Assembly: GCF_005696695.1 (NCBI RefSeq)
Contig: NZ_CP040006.1
Location: forward strand, 1,860,001-1,892,000
Reading direction: 5' to 3'
From: Schaalia odontolytica
GTDB taxonomy: Bacteria; Actinomycetota; Actinomycetes; Actinomycetales; Actinomycetaceae
Length of the DNA stretch: 32,000 nt
Part shown: positions 24,550 through 32,000 of the stretch, piece after piece
Numbering within the stretch: the stretch's first letter is position 1
Layout: every line of letters begins with the position of its first letter
The notes under the pieces: model-generated
The model's database searches: none
Told to the model about the DNA's origin: nothing
Seen by the model: only the letters and a program-made list of their open reading frames with translations
Program-made: the position numbers and the translations under genes

Positions 24550-26111
24550 TGCTCCTCCTTTCGAGGTGTCCCGGCGTCCCCAGCGGATCCCGAGGAAGCC
24601 GCCACGGCCTCGTCCAGGGGGACGCCGGCCATCATGAGGCCGAGGACGTCGCGGCCCGTGTCCGCCGGGACGATGCCAACAATGCGGCCGCGGTACATGA
24701 CGGCGATGCGGTCGGCCAGTGAGACCACCTCGTCGAGCTCCGAGGAGATGAGCAGGACCGCGCAGCCCTGGTCCCGAACGTCCACGATCCTGCGGTGAAT
24801 GAACTCGATCGAGCCGACGTCGACGCCTCGCGTCGGCTGATTCGCGACCAGCAGCGTCAGGTCACGCGACATCTCGCGGGCGACGACCACCTTCTGCTGA
24901 TTGCCGCCCGACAGGGAGGAGACCGGGTCCTCGATTGCCGTCAGGCGAATGTCGTATTCCTTTTCCTTGTCGCGGGCGTTGCGCGCGATCGCGCCGCGCT
25001 TGAGGGATCCCGCAGCCGAGAAGGCGGAGGAGCGGAACTGGTCGAGCACCAGGTTGTCCGCGATCGAAAACGAGGCGATGATGCCGTCCGTCGACCGGTC
25101 CTCGGGGATGAAACCGACGCCCGCGTCCAGGGACTCGCGAGGCTTCGCGCGGGTAATGTCCGCGTCCTCGAGTCGGATCACGCCACTGTCGGGAGTCCGC
25201 AGGCCAAGGATCACCTCGGCAAGCTCCGTCTGCCCGTTGCCCTGCACGCCTGCGACCGCGAGGATCTCGCCGCGGGGAACGTCGAAGGACACGTGGTCAA
25301 GCAGCGGCACTCCGCCCGCGCCCAGCAGGGACACGTCCTCGAAGGCCAGGCCGCCGCCAGCGGGACGCGCGGGATCCTTCTCCACGCGCATGAGCACCTC
25401 GCGCCCGACCATCTGCGTGGCCAGCGAGGCCTCGGAATCGCTCGGGGACGCGTGCCCCACGACCCGACCGCGGCGAATGACCGTGATCTCGTCGGCCACC
25501 GCGCGCACCTCGCGCAGCTTGTGGGTGATGAACACGATCGAGGTCCCGGCATCGGCGAGCTGACGCATGATCGTCATCAGCTCGTCCGTTTCCTGCGGGG
25601 TGAGCACCGCCGTCGGTTCGTCGAGGATGAGGACCTTCGCCTGGCGCGACAGGGCCTTGACGATCTCCACGCGCTGTTGGGCACCCACCGGCAGATCCTC
25701 AATGAGGGCGTCGGGGTCCAGGTCGAAGCCGAAACGCGCCGACACCTCGCGCACCGTCTGGCGGGCACGCTCACGACTGATGATTCCGGCAGGACCGGTC
25801 GGCTCAAAGCCCAGGGCGATCGACTCGGCGACCGTGAAGACGGGGATGAGCATGAAGTGCTGGTGCACCATGCCGATGCCCGCCGCAACCGCGTCGCCGG
25901 GACCCTTGAACGTCACGGGCTCGCCGTCAATGAGGATCTGCCCCTCGTCAGGCGCATGCATCCCGTACAGGACGTTCATGAGCGTGGACTTACCCGCGCC
26001 ATTCTCTCCCAGCAGCGCGTGAATGTGCCCTTCCTCGATCGTTAAGTCAATCGAGTCATTGGCGATGAGGGGACCAAACCTCTTCGTGATCCCCCGCAAC
26101 TCTAATTTCAT
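24546..26111 (-). CDS. ABC transporter ATP-binding protein with two fused ATPase cassettes (NupO-like)
   Basis: First cassette: GENGAGKST, LPVGAQQRVEI, LILDEPT. Second cassette: GVQGNGQTE, LSGGNQQKVV, LVANQPTRGVDV. Confidence 0.9.
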   Translation of the reverse strand: MKLELRGITKRFGPLIANDSIDLTIEEGHIHALLGENGAGKSTLMNVLYGMHAPDEGQILIDGEPVTFKGPGDAVAAGIGMVHQHFMLIPVFTVAESIALGFEPTGPAGIISRERARQTVREVSARFGFDLDPDALIEDLPVGAQQRVEIVKALSRQAKVLILDEPTAVLTPQETDELMTIMRQLADAGTSIVFITHKLREVRAVADEITVIRRGRVVGHASPSDSEASLATQMVGREVLMRVEKDPARPAGGGLAFEDVSLLGAGGVPLLDHVSFDVPRGEILAVAGVQGNGQTELAEVILGLRTPDSGVIRLEDADITRAKPRESLDAGVGFIPEDRSTDGIIASFSIADNLVLDQFRSSAFSAAGSLKRGAIARNARDKEKEYDIRLTAIEDPVSSLSGGNQQKVVVAREMSRDLTLLVANQPTRGVDVGSIEFIHRRIVDVRDQGCAVLLISSELDEVVSLADRIAVMYRGRIVGIVPADTGRDVLGLMMAGVPLDEAVAASSGSAGDAGTPRKEEQ

Positions 26112-26154
26112 ACCTTCGACCTTCCCCAGCAGGTGGGCGCCCCGCCCCGATGCC

Positions 26155-26194
26155 CGTGTGGGGCTGGCAGCGTCACCGCCGCCAGCCCCACACG
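26155..26194 (-). promoter_or_regulatory. Intercistronic hairpin between the binding-protein gene and the ATPase gene (14-bp perfect stem, 12-nt loop)
   Basis: CGTGTGGGGCTGGC (26155-26168) and GCCAGCCCCACACG (26181-26194), 8 nt after the lipoprotein stop. The GAAGG SD of the ATPase gene lies downstream of it. Confidence 0.45.
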
Positions 26195-26201
26195 CGTCGC
26201 G

Positions 26202-27296
26202 TCACTTCGGGGCGTTCTGCGATTCGATGACGAGCTTGCCGGACTTGATGTCGTCCGTGAGCTTGGTCAGGTCTGCCTTGAGTTCCGCGGAGACCTTGTC
26301 GTCGAAATCGTGGAACGGGGCGATCGAGACACCGCCGTTGGCCAGCGTGCCCACGTACGGGGTCGAGCTGAACTTGCCGTTCACCGAGTCCTGGATCGCC
26401 TGCTCGACAGAGGCGCCGATCTCCTTCATGACCGAGGTCAGCACGATCGAGGAGTAGTCGGGGTTGGCCTCGTACCAGTCGGAGTCAACGCCGATGATCC
26501 AAGTGTTGCCATCCGCCTTAGCCGCTGCGGCAGCGCCCAGGCCAACCGGGCCAGCGACGGGCATGATGATGTCCGCACCCTGGGAGATGAACTGCTGGGC
26601 CTGCTCCTTGCCGAGCGTCTGATCGTCGAAGGACTGCGTGAAGGAGCCGTTCTGCGAAGCCTTGTCCCAACCGAGCAGCTGCACGTTCGTCCCCTTGGCC
26701 TTGTTGTAGGCCGCGACGCCGTCAGCGAAGCCATCCATGAACACCGTCACCGAGGGGATCTGGATACCGCCAAAGGTGGCGACCTTGCCGGTCTTGGTCA
26801 TGCCCGCGGCCACGTAGCCGGCCAGGTAGGCGGCCTCAGCGGTGTTGAACAGCAGCGGACGCGCGTTGTCCAGCGTCACCGTGTTGTTGTTGCCGTCGTT
26901 GAAGCTGGAGTCGATAAGGGCGTAGTGCACGTCCTTGTTCTCGTCGGCGGAGGTGTGGACGGCCTTCTCCAGGTTGAAGCCGACGCCGATAATCAGGTTG
27001 CAGCCGTCGGAGACCATGGACTCAACGTTCGGGTTGAAGTCCGCGTCCGAGTTGGACTCGGCCGTGTTGATCTGGATTCCGAGGCTGGTCTGGGAGGCCT
27101 TGAGGCCGTCGTAGGCGGACTCGTTGAAGGACTTGTCGTCCCAGCCGCCGGCGTCAGAGACCGCGCAGGCCTTGAACGAGGTGGCATCCTTCGCCCCGCC
27201 GGACTGGCTGGTGGCGGTTCCTCCGCCGCCGCCACAGCCGGCCAAGGCGAGCGTTGCAACTCCCGCCGCGGCGAGGAGCTTCGTGAGGTGCTTCAT
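26202..27296 (-). CDS. BMP-family (PnrA/NupN-like) nucleoside-binding lipoprotein
   Basis: Lipoprotein signal MKHLTKLLAAAGVATLALAGC with lipobox LAGC, then a Gly-rich linker and a BMP/periplasmic-binding fold (AVSDAGGWDDKSFNESAY, GFNL, GVDSDW). GGAGGAAAA SD. Confidence 0.9.
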   Translation of the reverse strand: MKHLTKLLAAAGVATLALAGCGGGGGTATSQSGGAKDATSFKACAVSDAGGWDDKSFNESAYDGLKASQTSLGIQINTAESNSDADFNPNVESMVSDGCNLIIGVGFNLEKAVHTSADENKDVHYALIDSSFNDGNNNTVTLDNARPLLFNTAEAAYLAGYVAAGMTKTGKVATFGGIQIPSVTVFMDGFADGVAAYNKAKGTNVQLLGWDKASQNGSFTQSFDDQTLGKEQAQQFISQGADIIMPVAGPVGLGAAAAAKADGNTWIIGVDSDWYEANPDYSSIVLTSVMKEIGASVEQAIQDSVNGKFSSTPYVGTLANGGVSIAPFHDFDDKVSAELKADLTKLTDDIKSGKLVIESQNAPK

Positions 27297-27354
27297 GAGT
27301 GTTTTCCTCCGTTGATGTGGATTCTTCCTTGAACCGGTGGCGGCGCGGGCCGCG

Positions 27355-27396
27355 GATCATGTCCACGCAGCCGCTGCGTGAACATTTGTCATGATC
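27355..27396. promoter_or_regulatory. Nested inverted repeats in the ABC-operon leader/promoter region, carrying a copy of the deoD-operator half-site
   Basis: Outer GATCATG (27355-27361) / CATGATC (27390-27396). Inner CACGCAGC (27364-27371) / GCTGCGTG (27373-27380). The 12-mer GAACATTTGTCA (27380-27391) is identical to the reverse complement of 19375-19386 in the deoD promoter palindrome. Confidence 0.35.
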
Positions 27397-27447
27397 GACT
27401 TTTACGTCTGATCCGAGTCTCCCGCGCCGCCCCTCCCCTGTCAAGGT

Positions 27448-29751
27448 CTACTTGTTTTCGCTTTGGTAACGATTGAAGCGGCGCCGGGCGAACACCCCGG
27501 CAACGCCGATCGCTCCGACAAACATCGCCCCGGCCAGGCCACCCACGTCCGCACCCGTGCGGGCCAGGGAGCCCTTGGGCCCCTTCGTGTTCTTGTGCTG
27601 CGTGGAAGGTGCTGCCTGGTTACCCGACTGGGAACCATCCGCAGCATCGGCCGACGGACTCAGGTCGGGCGCCGCCGTTCCCGCGCAGGTCACGGGGATC
27701 GTCAGGCCGTCCCCGGCCTCGACGACCGTCGCGAAATCGGTGGCGACCGTGACGGGGACGTTCACGACCTCGCCGGCCGCCTTGCCCTCACAGGCACCCA
27801 CGACCGTCACGTCCACGCTCGCCTGCCCCGCGCCATCCGTCGTGATCACCGAGGCAGCGTCAGAGGCGTGCGCATCCACGAGGGAGTTGTCGACCTCGGC
27901 CACGGCCTGCGCTCCCCCGGCGCTCACGCGCACCTTCGAGGTGATGGAGGGCCCCTCGGAGAAGGACAGGCCACGCAGCGGGATCGTCACCGTCGAGCCG
28001 TCAGCCACCGCCTCGGTGGGCAGGGTCAGGCCGATGGAGGACTTGGCCTCGCGCGGCGCCAGACCGCCCGTGGCCTGGATCGAGCGGGCGGCCGCACCCG
28101 AGTGCGCGCCCAGGTAGGCGTTGAAGGAATCGCGGTCCAGGTTGCCGTTCGTCGTGGCCGCTCCCCCGCGGGTCAGGGCCTCGAAGGAGTCACCGCCGGC
28201 GAGCAGGAAGGTCACGGAGCCGACCGTGTACGTCGCGTCGGCCTTCAACGGCTCACCGTTGATCGTCACCGACGTGATGCGCTCCCCGTAGGGCTTGGTC
28301 GGGTCGTAGGTGTAGCGCACGTTCGAGGAAAGGCCGAGCTTGAGCATGGGCCGAGAGTTCTGCGAGTTCAGGTCCGTCTTCCACTGCTGCTCGAGCGCGT
28401 CCTTGACGTCCGATCCCTTGAGGGTCACGTACCCCAGCTCGTTGGAGAAGGGCTCGACCTCGTAGGTCTGCGCGTAGGTGATCGTGCCGTCCTCGTTCGG
28501 CACCAGGTCGGCGCGCAGGCCGCCCGCGTTGATCATGCCGATGTCGACGCTCTTTCCGTTCGGGGTGAGGATGGTTTCGCGCAGCGAGTCGGCCACCAGG
28601 TCCCCCAGCGAGGATTCGATGCCTCGGTTCGACCCGGGGTCCGTTGCCCCCTCGGGCGTCGTGAAGACTCCACGCCTGAAGGGTTCCGTGTACCCGGTAG
28701 CGACGACGCGCTTGCCGGCTTCCTTCGAGTCGGCCTCGGCCTTATCGACGATCGCCTGGGTGTCGGGATCCGCGCCGCACTGGGCAACCTCGGCGGCCGG
28801 GATGAGGATTGAGTCGGCGCTGGTCACCTGACGCGTCGCGGGGTCGATCGTCAGGCGGATGAGACCCAGGTTGTCCGTGTAGGAACCCGATGCGATGCCC
28901 GCCAGGCGCGGGTTCGCGGAGTTGAAGGCCTCGACCGAGTTGACGTGGTCGAACTCGTAGGGCACGTGCGTGTCCCCGCCCATGAGGCCGTCGACGTCCT
29001 TGCCGACCTTCGTGTAGTTGTTCTTCACGTCGTCGTCCAGCATGGCGATGACGACGTCGGCCTGTCCGCTGGTCTTCAGCTGCGCAGCCAGCGAGTTAAT
29101 GCGCGCAATCGGGTCCGTGAAGGTCAGGCCCTCAGTCGTTCCGGGGCTCAGCTTGTAGGGCACGTCCTGAGCAATTGCACCGATGAACGCCACCTTCATG
29201 CCCGAGGGCGACATCCACACCTTGTAGTCCCCCAGATACGGGATGCCGTCACCGTAGGTGCCCATGCCCTCGATGTTGGCCCCCAGGTAGGGGAAGGTCG
29301 CCTGCACGAATTCGCTCGGGTTGGAGCCATCGACGCGCTGCTTGAAGACGGCCTGCCCCATGTCCAGCTCATGGTTGCCGATCGTCGAGGCCAAGGGGTT
29401 CATCGTGTTGAGGGCCGCGATGGTCGGGTTATCCTTGAGCGCGCCGGAGATGTAGGGGGACGCGCCGATATTGTCTCCCAGCAGGGTGAACGAGGAGTTG
29501 GGATTCGTCGCGCGCGCCTTCTTCAGGTAGCAGTTCATCGCGGGCAACCCGGCCTCGCGCACGACGCCCTTCTTGGCGACCTGCTGGATGTGTCCGTGCA
29601 CGTCCGTGAGGGTGTAGAGGTCCAGGGTGATGGGCGAGACCTCGTTCCGTGAGGCTTCATCCTGCGGTGCCGCGAGCGCTGTGGCTGGCAGGGACGCCAG
29701 GGAGAGTGCGGCCGCCGAGGCGAGCGCGAGGCGAGTCCATGGTCTGCGCAT
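27448..29751 (-). CDS. Cell-wall-anchored bifunctional metallophosphatase/5'-nucleotidase (UshA/AdsA-like), LAxTG sorting signal
   Basis: Signal peptide MRRPWTRLALASAAALSLASLPATALA. Calcineurin-like motifs DVHGH, LLGDNIG, GNHELD. C-terminal 5'-nucleotidase domain. C-terminus is LARTG, then a hydrophobic helix, then RRRFNR. ATG 29751 follows GAAAGGAAC. Codons 29752-29823 have low third-position GC, so I reject the TTG start on the track. Confidence 0.85.
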   Translation of the reverse strand: MRRPWTRLALASAAALSLASLPATALAAPQDEASRNEVSPITLDLYTLTDVHGHIQQVAKKGVVREAGLPAMNCYLKKARATNPNSSFTLLGDNIGASPYISGALKDNPTIAALNTMNPLASTIGNHELDMGQAVFKQRVDGSNPSEFVQATFPYLGANIEGMGTYGDGIPYLGDYKVWMSPSGMKVAFIGAIAQDVPYKLSPGTTEGLTFTDPIARINSLAAQLKTSGQADVVIAMLDDDVKNNYTKVGKDVDGLMGGDTHVPYEFDHVNSVEAFNSANPRLAGIASGSYTDNLGLIRLTIDPATRQVTSADSILIPAAEVAQCGADPDTQAIVDKAEADSKEAGKRVVATGYTEPFRRGVFTTPEGATDPGSNRGIESSLGDLVADSLRETILTPNGKSVDIGMINAGGLRADLVPNEDGTITYAQTYEVEPFSNELGYVTLKGSDVKDALEQQWKTDLNSQNSRPMLKLGLSSNVRYTYDPTKPYGERITSVTINGEPLKADATYTVGSVTFLLAGGDSFEALTRGGAATTNGNLDRDSFNAYLGAHSGAAARSIQATGGLAPREAKSSIGLTLPTEAVADGSTVTIPLRGLSFSEGPSITSKVRVSAGGAQAVAEVDNSLVDAHASDAASVITTDGAGQASVDVTVVGACEGKAAGEVVNVPVTVATDFATVVEAGDGLTIPVTCAGTAAPDLSPSADAADGSQSGNQAAPSTQHKNTKGPKGSLARTGADVGGLAGAMFVGAIGVAGVFARRRFNRYQSENK

Positions 29752-29819
29752 GGGTGTGTTCCTTTCATCGGGGCGGCGTCGGTGCCGCGTCCTACGTGGT
29801 GAGTGTGGAGTTCGTGGTG

Positions 29820-32000
29820 TCAACCGCGGCGGCGAAGGCGGCGCGAGAGGAGGATGAGTCCGCCGCCGAGGGCGGCGAGGAGGATGCCGATGCCGATTGC
29901 CGGGCCGGCGTCCGCACCGGTGCGCGCCAGGCCGCCCACCGTCGCGGCGCGCGTGGGCGTCTTTCGGGACGAGGCCGTGGCTGGCCGCGAGGGAGCGGGC
30001 GCGGGGGACGCGGACGGGGCTGCGCTCGGTGAGGGGGCCACGCTGGGGGCGGCGGACGGCTCAGTGCTCGGCGTCGGGGCCGGGGCGTCCCCACCGAGCA
30101 GGGTGAGCCCGATGAGCTCGGGGTTGTGGTCCGAGGATCGGTAGGGGTTGTCGGCCTCGATCGCCAAGTGGGCGTTCATGCCGGCCCTCGAGTATTCGAA
30201 GGCGATGGACTCCTGGGCGTTGACGGCCCAGCTGGTCACCCCCGCGAGGAGTGGCTTCGCGGCCGCGTTGGCGAAAACGTGGTCGAGGGATCCGGAGCGT
30301 CCCGCGTAGACGTAGGAGGCCTCGCCCGCGCCGGAGACGCGCTCCCAGCCCGCAGCCTCGAGGGCCTTGATCGGGTCCTCCTGCGAGTAGGAGTTGAAGT
30401 CGCCCACGAGCAGGGTCGGCTTGTCCGCAAAGCGGGCGGCGAAGGAGGCCAGGGCGCCCGCCTGGGCGACTCGGATCGCGTTCGCATTGCCCTGACCGTC
30501 CCCGCTATCAACATTGCCGGCAGGAGCGCCCTCGGGCACGGATCCCTTCGACTTGAAGTGATTGGCGATGACGACGAAGGAGGCGGGCGCGGATCGCTCG
30601 GCGGTGACGCGCGCGAACTCTTGGGCGAGAGGCTGGCGCGCCAGGCCCGTGAACGCCGGGTCGTCGTGGATCAGCGAGGGGCCGACCGGGGCGACGGTCG
30701 CGGGCTTGTAGATGAAGGCGACGCGGATGACGTCCTCGGCCTCGGGCACGGCAACGGGCGATGGCACGTACGCCCACGTTCCCGCTCCCGCGTCCTTGTT
30801 GAGGGCCTCGACGAGGCGCGCGAGGGACGCGTCGCGGTCTGTCCCGACCCCCACGGCAACGGGGTTTTCGATCTCTTCGAGGGCGACGACGTCAGCGCCC
30901 AGCGCGTTGATCGCGGAGACGATCTTGGCCTCCTGGTTGGCGAAGGCCTCGCGCGAGAATGCACCGCGCACCTTGCACTTCTTCGCCGTCACGAAGGCGC
31001 CCGTGCGGTCGGGATATCCCGTGCACCCGGCCTCGTCGACGCCGAGGTCGGAGAAGTAGTTGAGGACGTTGAACGTCGCCACGCGGGTGTCGCCACCGAC
31101 CGTGGGTGCGCTCGGACGCTCCCCGGTGATGGTCACGGGAGAGCGGTCGGGGTGCCCGGCGACCATGGAGGTCGGCTGGAAGACGAAGGACCCGTGCCGA
31201 GGCTCGAGGATCACGGGCTTGGTGAAGGCCGCGTGGTAGCCGACGCGCGCGGGCGAACCGTTCGCCAGGTAGGCGTAGGCGACCTCGGTCGCCGCTCCCT
31301 TCTGCAGGTTCGTATTGGTGCCGTCGTCAAGGGCGATGGCGCGGGCGGCGTTGGCAGCCTCGTAGTCGCGGGCGGCCTGCCCGGGAGCCACCACGTCGGT
31401 GGCCGAGCGCAGCGGGCTCTCACCCGGGGTGAGGGTCAGGGTGCCGTACTGGTTTGTCTGGTAGTTGTCGGTGATGGTCCACGTGCCCTGGGGGGCGAGG
31501 AGCATGGACTCGAGGGCCTCCGCCTCGTCCGGCGTGGGGACGTTGGACGCCGGGATGGGCGTCGGCGCCTGGCATCCCTCGACCACGCTGACGGAGGTCA
31601 CGGCGAGCTGGGTGAGGCTCTGGGGGTTGTCCTTCGCGCTCGTCGCGGGGAACTCACCGACCGTGCCGGTCACGCGCACGCAGGTGCCCGGGGCCGGGAT
31701 CTCGCCTTTCTTGCCCGCGTAGACGAAGAGGCCGTCGGAGCGTGTGCGCCCCGGCTCCCACGCGCCGCCCGATCCGGGGGTCTGGATCGTGTAGCCGTCC
31801 AGGGTCGCGCCCAGCCCGGACTCGGCGGCCGGGTACGCGGCCGTCACGACCCCGAGAGTCGTCACGGTGGTCCCCACCATCGTGGAATCATCCCCCTCTC
31901 CCACGGCCTGGATGTCGGGGATCGGAGTATCGACGAGGCCGGGGCTGGCCTCACCCGATTGCGCGGAACCGGACTGGGATGCCTCGTTCGCCCATGCGGC
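29820..32000 (-). CDS. Cell-wall-anchored extracellular nuclease (ExeM/NucH-like; endonuclease/exonuclease/phosphatase fold), N-terminus beyond the window end
   Basis: The frame stays open through 32000 (…TPIPDIQAVGEGDDSTMVGTTVTTLGVVTAAYP, the OB-like N-domain typical of ExeM/NucH). EEP motifs: ATFNVLNYF, VVALEEIEN, LLVGDFNSY, SDHNP. A Pro/Ser/Ala linker follows, then LARTG, a hydrophobic helix and RRLRRRG. The GTG at 31904 on the track is internal. Confidence 0.8.
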   Translation of the reverse strand, partial: AAWANEASQSGSAQSGEASPGLVDTPIPDIQAVGEGDDSTMVGTTVTTLGVVTAAYPAAESGLGATLDGYTIQTPGSGGAWEPGRTRSDGLFVYAGKKGEIPAPGTCVRVTGTVGEFPATSAKDNPQSLTQLAVTSVSVVEGCQAPTPIPASNVPTPDEAEALESMLLAPQGTWTITDNYQTNQYGTLTLTPGESPLRSATDVVAPGQAARDYEAANAARAIALDDGTNTNLQKGAATEVAYAYLANGSPARVGYHAAFTKPVILEPRHGSFVFQPTSMVAGHPDRSPVTITGERPSAPTVGGDTRVATFNVLNYFSDLGVDEAGCTGYPDRTGAFVTAKKCKVRGAFSREAFANQEAKIVSAINALGADVVALEEIENPVAVGVGTDRDASLARLVEALNKDAGAGTWAYVPSPVAVPEAEDVIRVAFIYKPATVAPVGPSLIHDDPAFTGLARQPLAQEFARVTAERSAPASFVVIANHFKSKGSVPEGAPAGNVDSGDGQGNANAIRVAQAGALASFAARFADKPTLLVGDFNSYSQEDPIKALEAAGWERVSGAGEASYVYAGRSGSLDHVFANAAAKPLLAGVTSWAVNAQESIAFEYSRAGMNAHLAIEADNPYRSSDHNPELIGLTLLGGDAPAPTPSTEPSAAPSVAPSPSAAPSASPAPAPSRPATASSRKTPTRAATVGGLARTGADAGPAIGIGILLAALGGGLILLSRRLRRRG

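Noticed and set aside
1169-24615. Shared 13-14-mers containing CCACGGCCTCGT (1171-1182, 5490-5501, 24603-24614) as a second dispersed repeat family
   Set aside because: A rough estimate gives on the order of a hundred chance 13-mer coincidences in 32 kb of this composition on both strands. One copy is in coding sequence and only one forms a hairpin. This is not enough to call a repeat family.
22125-27332. Series of 400-460-aa + strand ORFs (22125-23447, 23416-24798, 24795-26045, 26133-27332) opposite the ABC transporter genes
   Set aside because: All are Arg/Asp/Gly/His-rich and motif-free. The minus strand encodes the lipoprotein, the ATPase with Walker and signature motifs, and two permeases with coupled starts.
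27463-28812. 449-aa + strand ORF opposite the 5'-nucleotidase, and the TTG start at 29823 for the nucleotidase itself
   Set aside because: The + strand ORF is an antisense artefact. The TTG extension has low third-position GC and would precede the obvious signal peptide. ATG 29751 with its GAAAGGAAC SD is preferred.
29880-30110. Pro/Ser/Ala-rich repetitive stretch (…APTPSTEPSAAPSVAPSPSAAPSASPAPAPS…) considered as a tandem DNA repeat or variable-number locus
   Set aside because: I could find no exact nucleotide repeat unit. It reads as a low-complexity wall-spanning stalk immediately before the LARTG sorting signal, as is usual for sortase substrates.

Overview
High-GC actinobacterial chromosome, possibly Actinomycetaceae-like (a guess from LAxTG sorting signals and gene content). 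It is densely packed with about 26 genes. I saw no rRNA, tRNA, CRISPR array, transposase or integrase. Many long ORFs on the track are antisense or out-of-frame artefacts of high-GC DNA (Arg/Gly/Ala/His/Asp-rich); wherever a recognisable protein lies on the other strand I rejected them.

There are three blocks.

(1) 1-8400, central carbon metabolism: pgi (partial), a 751-aa eukaryote-type tandem-fused 6-phosphofructokinase, a DAACS-family transporter, a small membrane protein, and pta-ackA.

(2) 8400-14200, an NAD-centred neighbourhood: a Sir2/CobB deacylase, then a two-gene operon encoding an SPFH/flotillin-like protein with no TM segment plus a divergent NAD-kinase-fold protein. That operon is divergently transcribed from nrtR-nadE. 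The shared 104-bp intergenic region holds two imperfect palindromes with a GT-N7-AC core, which I read as candidate NrtR operators. This is the most unusual part of the window.

(3) 14900-32000, one long minus-strand array that reads as an extracellular-DNA and nucleoside scavenging pathway. In transcription order: LAxTG wall-anchored nuclease, LAxTG wall-anchored 5'-nucleotidase, a BMP-lipoprotein ABC nucleoside importer in nupNOPQ order, cdd, thymidine phosphorylase, SorC-type DeoR, deoD, deoC, a PGM2-like phosphosugar mutase (no classical deoB is present), then a translationally coupled methyltransferase and cupin.

Other observations: a candidate DeoR operator palindrome, several strong hairpin terminators, a recurring GC-rich 12-16-mer, and a possible unannotated 69-codon ORF. 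All functional calls rest on my own recognition of motifs in the translations. No database search was run.
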